DNA of 32,000 bases from an uncultured Opitutales bacterium. Its GTDB lineage: Bacteria; Verrucomicrobiota; Verrucomicrobiia; Opitutales; Intestinicryptomonadaceae. Location: the NCBI GenBank assembly GCA_934613415.1, contig CAKTSY010000004.1, positions 252,681 through 284,680 on the forward strand, given 5' to 3'. The notes below the pieces were generated by a model. It saw only the letters and a list, made by a program, of their open reading frames with translations. It did no database searches and was not told where the DNA came from. This document shows positions 1-8,757 of this stretch, in pieces. The position numbers and the translations under genes are program-made. How positions within the stretch are numbered: the first letter of the stretch is position 1; each line of letters begins with the position of its first letter.

Positions 1-276
1 TATATAAAAAACTCTTATCATATATCCAATAATCTTTCTGTTTAAGGTTAGGTTTAACGATATATGAAAAAGAAAAAAAATACTCAAGCCCTTATTAAAA
101 ATTTGGCAAAAAACGCAATTATTCAAAAAATAATTTCCGATAGAAATAAAGACCGCCAAAGGATAAAGATAAAACTTATATTGCATTTTGGCGGCCAGAA
201 AAAAGTTTTCTGGCAATATATTTACACCGCAAAAAATTTGCGCAGTGCACATTTAACCCGTGTTATTTACCATAAA

Positions 277-798
277 ATGAGAATCTTTACCGCTATTTTG
301 CTTATAATTTTATGCATATTCCTGTTCGATTGCACAACGCAGCCCCATGCGCCGCAACAAACCGTGCAGAACATAGATATAAAAAAATATATGGGGCTTT
401 GGCACGAAGTTGCGCGCACAAAAAACCCGTTCGAAAGCGGCGTTGTAAATGCCCAAGCCAAATATTCGCTAAATACCGACAACACTGTAAGCGTGCTAAA
501 CACGGGCATACGCCAAAACGGCACAACAAAAAGCGCAAAAGGCAAAGCCTATGCGCCAAACCCGAAAGACTTTTCAAAGTTAAAAGTTACATTTTTTTGG
601 CCCTTTTACGGCGACTATAATATTTTGGCGGTAGGTAAAAACTATAGCTGGGCACTCGTAGCCAGCGATAAATATTTGTGGATACTTTCGAGAACCATTC
701 CCATACCCCAAGGCGAACTAGCCAAAATTCTTCAAAAAGCCGCCTCGTTCGGCTACGCAACCGACAACCTAATCTACAACCTAAACACGGTAGAATAA
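277..798 (+). CDS. blc: Bacterial lipocalin (Blc-type) lipoprotein
   Basis: ORF 64-798. From the in-frame ATG at 277 the protein starts with a hydrophobic signal ending in Cys (MRIFTAILLIILCIFLFDC). It matches remembered E. coli Blc blocks (YMGLWHEVAR, LKVTFFWPFYGDYNILA, DKYLWILSRT). The 71 upstream codons are K/I/Q-rich low complexity, so the start is trimmed to 277. Confidence 0.85.
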   Translation: MRIFTAILLIILCIFLFDCTTQPHAPQQTVQNIDIKKYMGLWHEVARTKNPFESGVVNAQAKYSLNTDNTVSVLNTGIRQNGTTKSAKGKAYAPNPKDFSKLKVTFFWPFYGDYNILAVGKNYSWALVASDKYLWILSRTIPIPQGELAKILQKAASFGYATDNLIYNLNTVE

Positions 799-799
799 A

Positions 800-846
800 C
801 TTTGTATTTTTTGATGTAAATTATAACAAAAACAAAAAATACAAAG
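800..846. terminator. Hairpin between convergent blc and activase genes (possible bidirectional terminator)
   Basis: Perfect 13-bp inverted repeat: ctttgtatttttt (800-812) and aaaaaatacaaag (834-846), with a 21-nt loop. T/A runs are built into the arms. It sits between two stop codons (798 and 855). Confidence 0.45.
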
Positions 847-854
847 CGGCAAAC

Positions 855-1637
855 TCACGGCAAACTTACGGTTTTTTTTGTCAATCCAGAGAGTTTTTCT
901 GCAATTATTTTTCCGTAATCTAAATCGGGCATATCCGCCTTAAAGTACGGCTTTTTCAAAGCGATAGCCTTTTCTATACCGAAGGGAACATATGGTTCTA
1001 TATGAATCTCCGACACCGACGAAAGCGAATTTGCCAAGTCTGCAATTTTTTGCAAACAAAACCCGCTGTCGTTTAAAGAAGGAATCATAGGGCACCGCAA
1101 GAAAATGCGAGTACCTGCATATTCGGCATTTTCCGCAATAGCCTTGTCTATAAAATTAAGATTATCAACAACTACATTTAACGGCTTGCCCGTATATTCA
1201 AAATGCTTTTTTTCGTCTAAAATTTTTATGTCAAAAAGCCATAAATCTACCAACGGCAAAAAGCGCGCAAGCACCGACTTTGCAGCATAACCGCTAGTTT
1301 CCACCGCCGTATGCACCCCGTGCGATTTTGCGCCTTCCAACAACTCAACAGCAAAATCGGGTGCAGCCAAAACCTCTCCACCCGAAAGCGTAAGCCCGCC
1401 AGCCGACTCATCGTAAAAATCTTTGTCTTTTAAGACTTCGTTTAAAACCGCCTTAGTAGACATTACTTTGCCTATAGGCGTTCCGTCGGGATACTGCCCT
1501 ATTCCGAAATCCTGACTTTCTGGAGAATGGCACCAAATGCAGCGCAATGGGCACCCCCTAAGGAACACAACAGTGCGTATTCCGGGGCCGTCGTGGGTTG
1601 AAAATTTGTCTATTTTTAAGACAACCGCTTTTTGCAT
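855..1637 (-). CDS. Glycyl-radical enzyme activating protein (radical SAM, PflA-like short form)
   Basis: ORF 855-1817, trimmed to the ATG at 1637 (MQKAVVLKIDKFSTHDGPGIRTVVFLRGCPLRCIWCHSPES). It has the CX3CX2C radical-SAM cluster motif and a GGLTLSGGE SAM-binding motif. About 260 aa, with no ferredoxin-like insert and no signal peptide. It starts 5 nt after the GRE stop codon. Confidence 0.9.
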   Translation of the reverse strand: MQKAVVLKIDKFSTHDGPGIRTVVFLRGCPLRCIWCHSPESQDFGIGQYPDGTPIGKVMSTKAVLNEVLKDKDFYDESAGGLTLSGGEVLAAPDFAVELLEGAKSHGVHTAVETSGYAAKSVLARFLPLVDLWLFDIKILDEKKHFEYTGKPLNVVVDNLNFIDKAIAENAEYAGTRIFLRCPMIPSLNDSGFCLQKIADLANSLSSVSEIHIEPYVPFGIEKAIALKKPYFKADMPDLDYGKIIAEKLSGLTKKTVSLP

Positions 1638-1642
1638 GGACT

Positions 1643-4006
1643 CTACACAAGCCTGTGTCGTTCTATAACCTCGTTTTGCCAACGTTCCGACAAAGCGACA
1701 AAACGCGCAGAAAAACCGCATACTTTCACCATTAAATCCATGTGGCGTTCGGGGTGCTTTTGCGCGTCTATAAGGTCTTCTACAGAATTGCAGTTGGGCT
1801 GCAAAAGGTGCCCGCATTTCTTTGCAAAAACCCTAAATATGGCGGCAAAAGTCTCGGCACTCATAGCGTGCTTGTCGAAAGTAAGATTGGCGTTCGATGC
1901 AATCAGACATTCGTGAGGAAGCGTTGCGATAGAGTTCAAAACCGTTGTAATGCCCTCTTTGCAGCGGTATTCGCTGGGCGAAAATCCCTGCGCAAAGCGG
2001 TCGCCGTTGTACCTGCCGTCGGGAGTCGCCTTTGCACCGTTTCCCCAATACATAAACTCTCTATATATCAAAATCGCCAAGTGGTACGAATCGTTTTGGT
2101 CGGTCGTAAAACCCTCTATGTCGTCGTGAATTTTCCGCATCCACCACGCCATTTGCTCGCACGACTTTTTCGAACCGTCGCCCCAATACGGAGCCTTTAA
2201 CACCTCTGCGCGCAAACGTTGTCCGTAGTCGCCCTCCCAGTTGTTGCGAACGGCATTCAGCAGCTCTTTTATAGTGCAAATTTTTTTGTCGAAACAAACG
2301 TATTCTATTGCCAACAGCGAATCCACAACATTGCCCAAAAACGCCAAAGTGATTACGCGCGGGCGAGATGCTACACCGCCGTCGGTAGTATCGCGTCGGC
2401 TTTCTATTGCACCTTTTAGACACATAGAATATACGGGATAAGGCGAAATCTTCGCAATTTGCCTTCCGTACCTAGTATATTGCCCCATCACACTCCTGAA
2501 AAACTTTATAAAATTCCTGTATGCAATGCGCTGCGCATCGCCCGCGCTCTTTGCGTTTTGCAGGGGCTCAATTTCTATTTGCGCCTCTTTTTCTAAATTT
2601 TTATCCTGGTATATTGAAAGCTCCAAAGTTCTTACAACGGAAACATAGTTTGCGTCGTCTACGTCCATTACCGAATCTATGTAGCCATTCCAACAACCGC
2701 ACGCAACATATTCCCTCGCGTCCTCGTCAGAAAAACCGCAATTTTTGTAATATGGAATATGGCGGTCGTCGTTAAACAGAGCAAACACGCAATGCCCCTT
2801 CATAAGCATATCTCCGATTTGCAGGAAATATTCTTGCGGCGAATTAGACGATATCCTGCAATGCAATTTTGGGAATACGCAATCTGCGGCATAGTGCATT
2901 TCTATAAACATTTTTGTTAGGTCGTTATACACTACGTTCCCGTATTTGTCGCACCCGCCCAATGTTATGGGAATTTCCATTTCGTGGTCGTCGTATCCGT
3001 CTACCTTGCGCATACCGTCGTGATGGCAATCGGCGGTAATCATAAATTTTGCAATCAATTCCTTTGCCTGGGCTGCAGTTAAACGCCCTTCGGCTATGTC
3101 GGCCTTGTACAGGCCATACAGCCAAGCATCGCAACGCCCCATTGCATACACAGAAACCCCGTCTATATAGCCGAGTATTTCGCGCATAAACCAAAGAGTG
3201 TTTAGCCCTTCGTAAAATGTTTTCGGCGGTTCCCACGGGCAACGCTTTGCGGATTGCGCAATCATCTTAAAGTTATTGCGCTGCCTTTCGGTTAAAGACA
3301 GGTCTTTTAAACGCCTTTCTGCTTCGTCTGCAAACGAAAGCTGTATCTTATGCAGAGTTTTCAATCCTTCAAGAGCCGTCTGCAACTCCTTTTTGCCCAA
3401 TATATCGTCGCTTGGGCAGCTCTTTAACGCTGCTTGAACATCGGCATAAACACCGCCAAAACCCTTGCTTAAAATTGTTCTCGCAGGTGGAATGTGGTGA
3501 ATTGAATCGACAAAAGGCCCGCAACAAAGCGTGAGGCGTTCTTTATTGCGCCTATTGAACACCTTAAAGGCCTCGTCGGGAATCAAGTTTTTTTCGCGGT
3601 AAAAACGCGAACAAAGATGCCAAGCCATTCTGGCTGGGCGCGCTCCCGCCCAGCCACCGTTTACGCCGGCTTCAAAATAAAACGGCGATTCGGTAAAAAT
3701 AAACGGGACAAAGTGCGTACGCATAGACTCGTACAATTTTTTGCGTATATCCAATGCATCATAATTGGGGTTGAGTTTTGTATACGCGATTATTTCGCTC
3801 TGAATTTTCTTTACGCTGTCTATTTGCCTAATGTCTTTTGCTTTACCGTGGCATTCGTCAGGATAAAAAGCGCGAAGCTGCTTGCGTAAAGCCGCATAGT
3901 CTTCGGAGCAATTTAAAGTTGAAGCCCCAAGCACGCCATTGCCGGCAAAAACCGTTGCAGTTGCTGCCATAGCCGTATTTTTTATAAAATTTCTCCTCGA
4001 TATCAT
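1643..4006 (-). CDS. Glycyl radical enzyme (PFL2-like family, unknown substrate) with N-terminal twin-arginine signal
   Basis: 787 aa. C-terminal glycyl radical loop DLMVKVCGFSARFVALSERWQNEVIERH (Gly764). ATPDGR block at residues 660-665. Cys loop EYVACGCWNG (Cys438), 326 residues before the Gly, a spacing typical of GREs. N-terminus MISRRNFIKNTAMAATATVFAGNGVLGAS fits the S-R-R-x-F-[LI]-K Tat consensus. ATG start confirmed at 4004-4006. Confidence 0.9.
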   Translation of the reverse strand: MISRRNFIKNTAMAATATVFAGNGVLGASTLNCSEDYAALRKQLRAFYPDECHGKAKDIRQIDSVKKIQSEIIAYTKLNPNYDALDIRKKLYESMRTHFVPFIFTESPFYFEAGVNGGWAGARPARMAWHLCSRFYREKNLIPDEAFKVFNRRNKERLTLCCGPFVDSIHHIPPARTILSKGFGGVYADVQAALKSCPSDDILGKKELQTALEGLKTLHKIQLSFADEAERRLKDLSLTERQRNNFKMIAQSAKRCPWEPPKTFYEGLNTLWFMREILGYIDGVSVYAMGRCDAWLYGLYKADIAEGRLTAAQAKELIAKFMITADCHHDGMRKVDGYDDHEMEIPITLGGCDKYGNVVYNDLTKMFIEMHYAADCVFPKLHCRISSNSPQEYFLQIGDMLMKGHCVFALFNDDRHIPYYKNCGFSDEDAREYVACGCWNGYIDSVMDVDDANYVSVVRTLELSIYQDKNLEKEAQIEIEPLQNAKSAGDAQRIAYRNFIKFFRSVMGQYTRYGRQIAKISPYPVYSMCLKGAIESRRDTTDGGVASRPRVITLAFLGNVVDSLLAIEYVCFDKKICTIKELLNAVRNNWEGDYGQRLRAEVLKAPYWGDGSKKSCEQMAWWMRKIHDDIEGFTTDQNDSYHLAILIYREFMYWGNGAKATPDGRYNGDRFAQGFSPSEYRCKEGITTVLNSIATLPHECLIASNANLTFDKHAMSAETFAAIFRVFAKKCGHLLQPNCNSVEDLIDAQKHPERHMDLMVKVCGFSARFVALSERWQNEVIERHRLV

Positions 4007-4070
4007 ATAGTATAACCTTTAATTTAATTCATCGAGCAGAAATGTATTGTCGATTGGGTGAAATTGCAAC

Positions 4071-4103
4071 AAAAAAAGGGCTCGTTTACACGAGTCCTTT
4101 TTT
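4071..4103 (-). terminator. Rho-independent terminator downstream of tRNA-Thr
   Basis: Stem gggctcg (4078-4084) and cgagtcc (4091-4097), 6-nt loop. An A-run precedes it and a T-run follows on the plus strand, so a U-tract follows the hairpin on either strand. Confidence 0.6.
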
Positions 4104-4108
4104 GACCG

Positions 4109-4181
<73 letters not shown>

Positions 4182-4208
4182 CAAGTATTAAAGCTTTTCA
4201 TGAAAGCA

Positions 4209-7200
4209 TTACTGATTTTGTTTTGCAAGCTTTTTTTGACTTAAAATTACATCTTTGCCGAAAATTCTGCGAATTATGTAATAAAACACGGGAGTCATTA
4301 GGCAGCCGCATATTGTTACACCCAACATGCCGAACAAAACCGATGTTCCCAACGCCTGTCTTAGCTCAAAACCCGAGCCCGTGCCGTATGCCAAGGGAAC
4401 AACGCCCAAGATAAAGGCGAAAGATGTCATCAAAATGGGGCGCAAACGGTTTTTGGAAGCATTGCTTACGGCGCTTACAATCTCCTCGCCCCTTGCCTCT
4501 CTTTGCTTTGCAAATTCGACAATCAAAATCGCGTTTTTGCAGGCAAGGCCTATAAGCACAACAAAGCCTATTTGCGACATTATATTGTTGTCCATCTTGC
4601 GATAGTCTATACCGAGCACCGCAAACAACAGCACCAGCGGCACAATAAGTATAACCGAAAGCGGAATTGTCCAGCTCTCGTACAGTGCCGAAAGCAAAAG
4701 GAAAATAAACACAACGCACACGCCGAAAATATACAGCGCGGTATTGCCCGCCTTGCGTTCCTGATAAACAAGGTCTGTCCATTCTATGCCCATGCCCACG
4801 GGTAAAATTTGGCGGGCAAGCTCCTCTATTTGGTTGGCAACATAACCCGTGCTATAACCCTTTTTAAGGTTGCCCTGAATGGGCGCGCTTGAATACAAGT
4901 TAAACCTTTCCACACGATCGGGCCCAATGCCGCGCCTTATTTTTACAAGCGAGCCAAACGGAACGCTTTTGCCGTTTTTGCTGGGCACTTTCAAGTTGTA
5001 TATGTCGTTTATACTGCCCCTGTTTTCGGGCTGGCCTTGGGCTACAACCCTGTAAACGCGCCCTAAAATATTAAAGTCGTTAACGTATGCCGAGCCAAAA
5101 TTATACTGCATTGCGGCGAAAATTTCTGATATGGGAACGTTTAGCTTTTGCGCCCTTTCGCGGTCTACCTCCATAAACAGCTGCGGATCGCTTACCCTAT
5201 ACGAAGTAAACACGCTGTCTACGGAATCGAGCTTTTCTATTTCCCCTACCAAAAGGGTTGCGTAGTGGTTTAGCTGCATAACGCCAAGGCCTGCCCTGTC
5301 TTGCAACATAAATTTAAAGTCGCTGCCCGACCCTATGCCGGGAACGGGCGAAGGCGTTAAAATATTGCTCTTTGCCTCCGAAATATTTTCGTCGAGAACC
5401 TTTCTTGCCTCCTGCATAATGTGCGCCATTGTGTAGCCGTGGGCGTCTCTATACGAGCGTTCCCTGAAATTTACAACCAATCTGCCGCACGAAGACGAAA
5501 CCATACCCGTTGCCGCATTTTGCCCGGCGTTAGACTGTGCATACCTTATGCCCGCAATACGCATAACAAGGTCTCCCGCGCGTTTGGTAACCTCTTCGGT
5601 TGTGCTAAACGCCGTTCCGTTGGGCATATCAAGTCCTATGTTTATAAAGCCTCTGTCCTGCTTGGGTATAAAGCCCTTGGGTGTTGTTTCGAAAACGTGA
5701 ACTGTTAGATACAACAAACCTATGTACAAAAGGAAAATTATAATCGAAATTCTTATTAAACCTGCAACCAAGCGGCCGTAGAACTTTGCGCAAAGTTCGA
5801 ATACCTTGTTGAAAAGCCAGAATATTTTGCCGAATGTATTGTTGTATAACTTAAACAAAAATCCCTTTTTTGCATTGGGCTTTTCTTTAAGGAAAAGCGC
5901 GCAAAGCGCGGGAGTAAGCGTAAGCGAAACTATGCCCGAAAATATTGTAGAAGCTGCAATTGTTATTGCAAACTGCCTGTAAAACTGCCCGGAAATGCCG
6001 CCCAAAAACGCGGTGGGTAAAAACACGCAGCTTAGCACCAAAACAATTGCTATAAGCGCGCCCTGCACTTGCGTCATTGCCTTTTCGGTTGCGGCTTTTG
6101 CGTCCAGGCCGTCGGCCATATTGCGCTCTACGTTTTCTACAACAACAATCGCGTCGTCTACAACAATGCCTATGGCAAGCACCAAACCGAATAGCGTAAG
6201 GTTGTTTATTGAATAGCCCAAAGCATACATAACCGCAAATGTGCCAACCAGCGAAACGGGAATTGCAAAAAGCGGAATAACGGCCGCCCTGAATTTTTGC
6301 AGGAACAACAGCACCACAAAAACAACCAAAATTACGGCGTCGAAAATTGTGCTGTAAACGGCGTTGATTGATTCTGAAATATATTCGGTTGTATCGAAGC
6401 CTATTATATAGTCGACATCGTTTGGGAAATCTTTTTTAAGCTCTTCCAGCTCTTTGCGAATGTTTTTAACGGTTTGCACCGCGTTAGACCCTGGCAACTG
6501 GTACGCCCCCATACCCACCGTACTTTTGTTGTTGATATACGAGTCGGTATTGTAGTTGTAGGAAGCCAGCTCTATTTTAGCTACGTCTTTTAGGCGAATA
6601 ACCCTGCCGTCGGGCAGGTCTTTTACTATAATCGAGCCAAATTCCGATTCGGTAGAAAGCCTGCCCTTCATATTTATCAGCAGCTCAAGCGTTGCGTCCT
6701 CCTTGTGGGGCGACTGGTTTATTTTGCCCGCGGCAACCTGTTTGTTTTGCTCTTCTATTGCCGAAATAATTTCCTTTGCGCCCATATTCAGGCTGGCAAG
6801 CCTGTCGGGGTCTATCCAAATACGCATACAATATTCCTTTGCGCCCCAAACGTCGAACTCGCTAACGCCGTATACGCGCGAAAGCCTGTCTTGCATATTT
6901 GTAATTGCATAGTTTGTTAAATACAGTTTGTCGCGCGTGCCCTTAGGCGAAATAAGGTTCACAGTCATCAACATATCGGGCGAGCGCTTTGCCACGGTTA
7001 CGCCCTTGTCGCGCACCTCTTTCGGCAATCTGGAAAGCGACTGCGAAACTTTGTTTTGCACCAAAACCTGCGCCATGTCTATGTTGGTGCCCGTTTCGAA
7101 AGTAACGGTAATTCTAACCGAGCCGTTCGAAGCGCACTGGCTTTGCATGTAAATCATATTTTCTACGCCGTTTATTTCCTGCTCGAGAGGGGCGGCAACG

Positions 7201-7385
7201 GTGTTCATCAAAACTTCGGGCGACGCCCCAGCATAGTTTGCCGAAACCGAAATTGTGGGCGGCACAATGTTCGGATACTGCGTAATTGGCAAGTTTTGGA
7301 ACGCAACGGCACCTACAAGCATTATGAAGATTGAAATAACGCTTGCAAAAATTGGCCTGTTTATAAAGAAGTGCGAAAAATTCAT
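4209..7385 (-). CDS. RND efflux transporter permease (HAE1 / AcrB-like)
   Basis: 1058 aa. N-terminus MNFSHFFINRPIFASVISIFIMLVG and the TM4 block AIGIVVDDAIVVVENVERNM are typical of AcrB-family pumps. Two large periplasmic loops and 12 hydrophobic segments are apparent. The start overlaps the adaptor stop by 1 nt (TAATG). Confidence 0.95.
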   Translation of the reverse strand: MNFSHFFINRPIFASVISIFIMLVGAVAFQNLPITQYPNIVPPTISVSANYAGASPEVLMNTVAAPLEQEINGVENMIYMQSQCASNGSVRITVTFETGTNIDMAQVLVQNKVSQSLSRLPKEVRDKGVTVAKRSPDMLMTVNLISPKGTRDKLYLTNYAITNMQDRLSRVYGVSEFDVWGAKEYCMRIWIDPDRLASLNMGAKEIISAIEEQNKQVAAGKINQSPHKEDATLELLINMKGRLSTESEFGSIIVKDLPDGRVIRLKDVAKIELASYNYNTDSYINNKSTVGMGAYQLPGSNAVQTVKNIRKELEELKKDFPNDVDYIIGFDTTEYISESINAVYSTIFDAVILVVFVVLLFLQKFRAAVIPLFAIPVSLVGTFAVMYALGYSINNLTLFGLVLAIGIVVDDAIVVVENVERNMADGLDAKAATEKAMTQVQGALIAIVLVLSCVFLPTAFLGGISGQFYRQFAITIAASTIFSGIVSLTLTPALCALFLKEKPNAKKGFLFKLYNNTFGKIFWLFNKVFELCAKFYGRLVAGLIRISIIIFLLYIGLLYLTVHVFETTPKGFIPKQDRGFINIGLDMPNGTAFSTTEEVTKRAGDLVMRIAGIRYAQSNAGQNAATGMVSSSCGRLVVNFRERSYRDAHGYTMAHIMQEARKVLDENISEAKSNILTPSPVPGIGSGSDFKFMLQDRAGLGVMQLNHYATLLVGEIEKLDSVDSVFTSYRVSDPQLFMEVDRERAQKLNVPISEIFAAMQYNFGSAYVNDFNILGRVYRVVAQGQPENRGSINDIYNLKVPSKNGKSVPFGSLVKIRRGIGPDRVERFNLYSSAPIQGNLKKGYSTGYVANQIEELARQILPVGMGIEWTDLVYQERKAGNTALYIFGVCVVFIFLLLSALYESWTIPLSVILIVPLVLLFAVLGIDYRKMDNNIMSQIGFVVLIGLACKNAILIVEFAKQREARGEEIVSAVSNASKNRLRPILMTSFAFILGVVPLAYGTGSGFELRQALGTSVLFGMLGVTICGCLMTPVFYYIIRRIFGKDVILSQKKLAKQNQ

Positions 7386-8515
7386 TATTTAAGCTCCACC
7401 TTTACGGGTTTTACAACCGAATTTAACTTTGCGCGGTGAAGTGCTTTTACAACAACCCAATCGCTGTCTTTTAAGCCGTCTAAAATTATTATGTTTTTGC
7501 CTATGTTTTCGCCAACAGTTACCGCTCGGTATTCAACAACGTTCTTGTCGTTCACAACCAAAACATAGCGACCAACTAAGTCGGTGCCTACAATTTGTTC
7601 GGGTAGCATAAGGCGGTCTACACCCTCGCTGCGGCGCAAACTTGCCTTTGCATACATACCGGGGAAAAGCTTGCCCTTAGAATTGTCCACATCGGCCCTA
7701 AGCTCCATACTTGCCGAATTTAGCTTGTTGTCGATATACGTTAACACACCGGTGTGCGACGCGGTTTTTTCGTCCATAAGCTTTATCTTTACGGGCGGGC
7801 CGCTGCGGGTGTCGCCGTTGATTTTATCTATAAGGTTTTCGTTTGAATAGTTTATTATATCGCGTTCGCTAACTTCGAAATACGCATATATTGTAGCTCT
7901 CGAAACCACGTTTGCCATAAGGGTACTCGAAGCTTCAATAAGGTTGCCTGCGTCTACCATACGGCGGCTTACATAGCCCGAAATTGGAGAGGTGATTTTA
8001 GTAAATTCAAGATTAAGGTTTGCCTCTTTTAACTGGGCTTTTGCGCTCATTAACAATGCGTTTGTAGTAAGGTATTCGCTGCGGCGGGTTTCCAAAGTTT
8101 CTTTCGAAATTGCCTTGGCGGCAAACAGTTCTTCGGCGCGGCTTAGGTTGCTTTTTGCCAAGCTTACCTTCGATTCTGCCTCTATAACCGATGCCTTGCA
8201 GTTTTCTACTACAACCTCGAAAGGCCTTGGATCTATAAGGAAAAGCGGCTGGCCCTCCTTTACATATTGGCCGTCGAAAAACAAAATCTTTTCGAGATAG
8301 CCGCTAACGCGCGAGCGTATTTCAACCGACTTTTCGCCCTCTAGTCTTGCAACGTAGTCGTCCCAAATTTCTACCTTGCGCTTTATGGGGTTTGCAACCT
8401 CTACCGAATTGTTCTGTGCAGTCGTTTTGGCTGCGGGTTGTTCGTCTTTGCAGGATACCGCAAAAAATGCGCACAATGCAAATAATGCAAATGTATATAA
8501 ATTTGTTTTAGCCAT
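7385..8515 (-). CDS. RND efflux periplasmic adaptor (membrane fusion protein, AcrA/HlyD_D23 family) lipoprotein
   Basis: ORF 7385-8575, trimmed to the ATG at 8515 (MAKTNLYTFALFALCAFFAVSC, lipobox AVSC). It shows the coiled-coil and beta-barrel pattern of adaptors (RVSGYLEKILFFDGQYVKEGQPLFLIDPRPF). Translationally coupled to the permease. Confidence 0.9.
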   Translation of the reverse strand: MAKTNLYTFALFALCAFFAVSCKDEQPAAKTTAQNNSVEVANPIKRKVEIWDDYVARLEGEKSVEIRSRVSGYLEKILFFDGQYVKEGQPLFLIDPRPFEVVVENCKASVIEAESKVSLAKSNLSRAEELFAAKAISKETLETRRSEYLTTNALLMSAKAQLKEANLNLEFTKITSPISGYVSRRMVDAGNLIEASSTLMANVVSRATIYAYFEVSERDIINYSNENLIDKINGDTRSGPPVKIKLMDEKTASHTGVLTYIDNKLNSASMELRADVDNSKGKLFPGMYAKASLRRSEGVDRLMLPEQIVGTDLVGRYVLVVNDKNVVEYRAVTVGENIGKNIIILDGLKDSDWVVVKALHRAKLNSVVKPVKVELK

Positions 8516-8700
8516 ATATAGAAGATAAAGTTTTTTAAGGCTTAAAAAAGAGAACTGCACCGCAATTTGCCGCAAAACCCGACAACACAGCGTTTAACAA
8601 AGCCCTCCCCCGCAAGCCGTTAAAGTTTTAAAGATTTACAATTATATAAAAGGGGCTGCTTTTCAAGAATTTTTACATAAAAATTTGCATATTTTTGGGC

Positions 8701-8735
8701 AAAAAAAACGCCCCGCCGAATGTCGGCGAAGCGCG
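8701..8735 (-). terminator. Rho-independent terminator after the secreted TIM-barrel gene
   Basis: On the minus strand: GCTTCGCCG-ACATT-CGGCGGGGC (9-bp stem with two G-U pairs) followed by T8. Confidence 0.55.
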
Positions 8736-8757
8736 GTAAACCTTGTGTAAGTTTAAA

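Noticed and set aside
195-213. Hairpin ccagaaaa-aag-ttttctgg, plus a nearby ccgccaaa/tttggcgg pairing, upstream of blc.
   Set aside because: No U-tract follows on either strand and no upstream gene is visible at the window edge, so no function can be assigned.
64-276. Long N-terminal extension of the lipocalin ORF (MKKKKNTQALIKNLAKN...).
   Set aside because: It is a K/I/Q-rich translation of an A-rich intergenic region. The recognisable signal peptide and the Blc homology begin at the ATG at 277.
400-413. TGGCACGAAGTTGC inside blc, resembling a sigma-54 promoter.
   Set aside because: The GG-to-GC spacing is one base too short. It is inside a coding region (it encodes GLWHEVA), with no downstream gene start.
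1638-1817. Upstream extension of the activase ORF, overlapping the 3-prime end of the GRE gene.
   Set aside because: The extension is Arg/Cys-rich and lies out of frame over the conserved GRE glycyl-loop coding region. The ATG at 1637 gives a canonical PflA-like N-terminus. Similar artefactual extensions were trimmed at 8516-8575, 15322-15414, 16489-16566, 23877-23948, 25814-25855 and 30059-30244.
4209-8515. RND adaptor-permease operon without an outer-membrane factor gene.
   Set aside because: Unlinked TolC-type channels are common, so this is not anomalous on its own.
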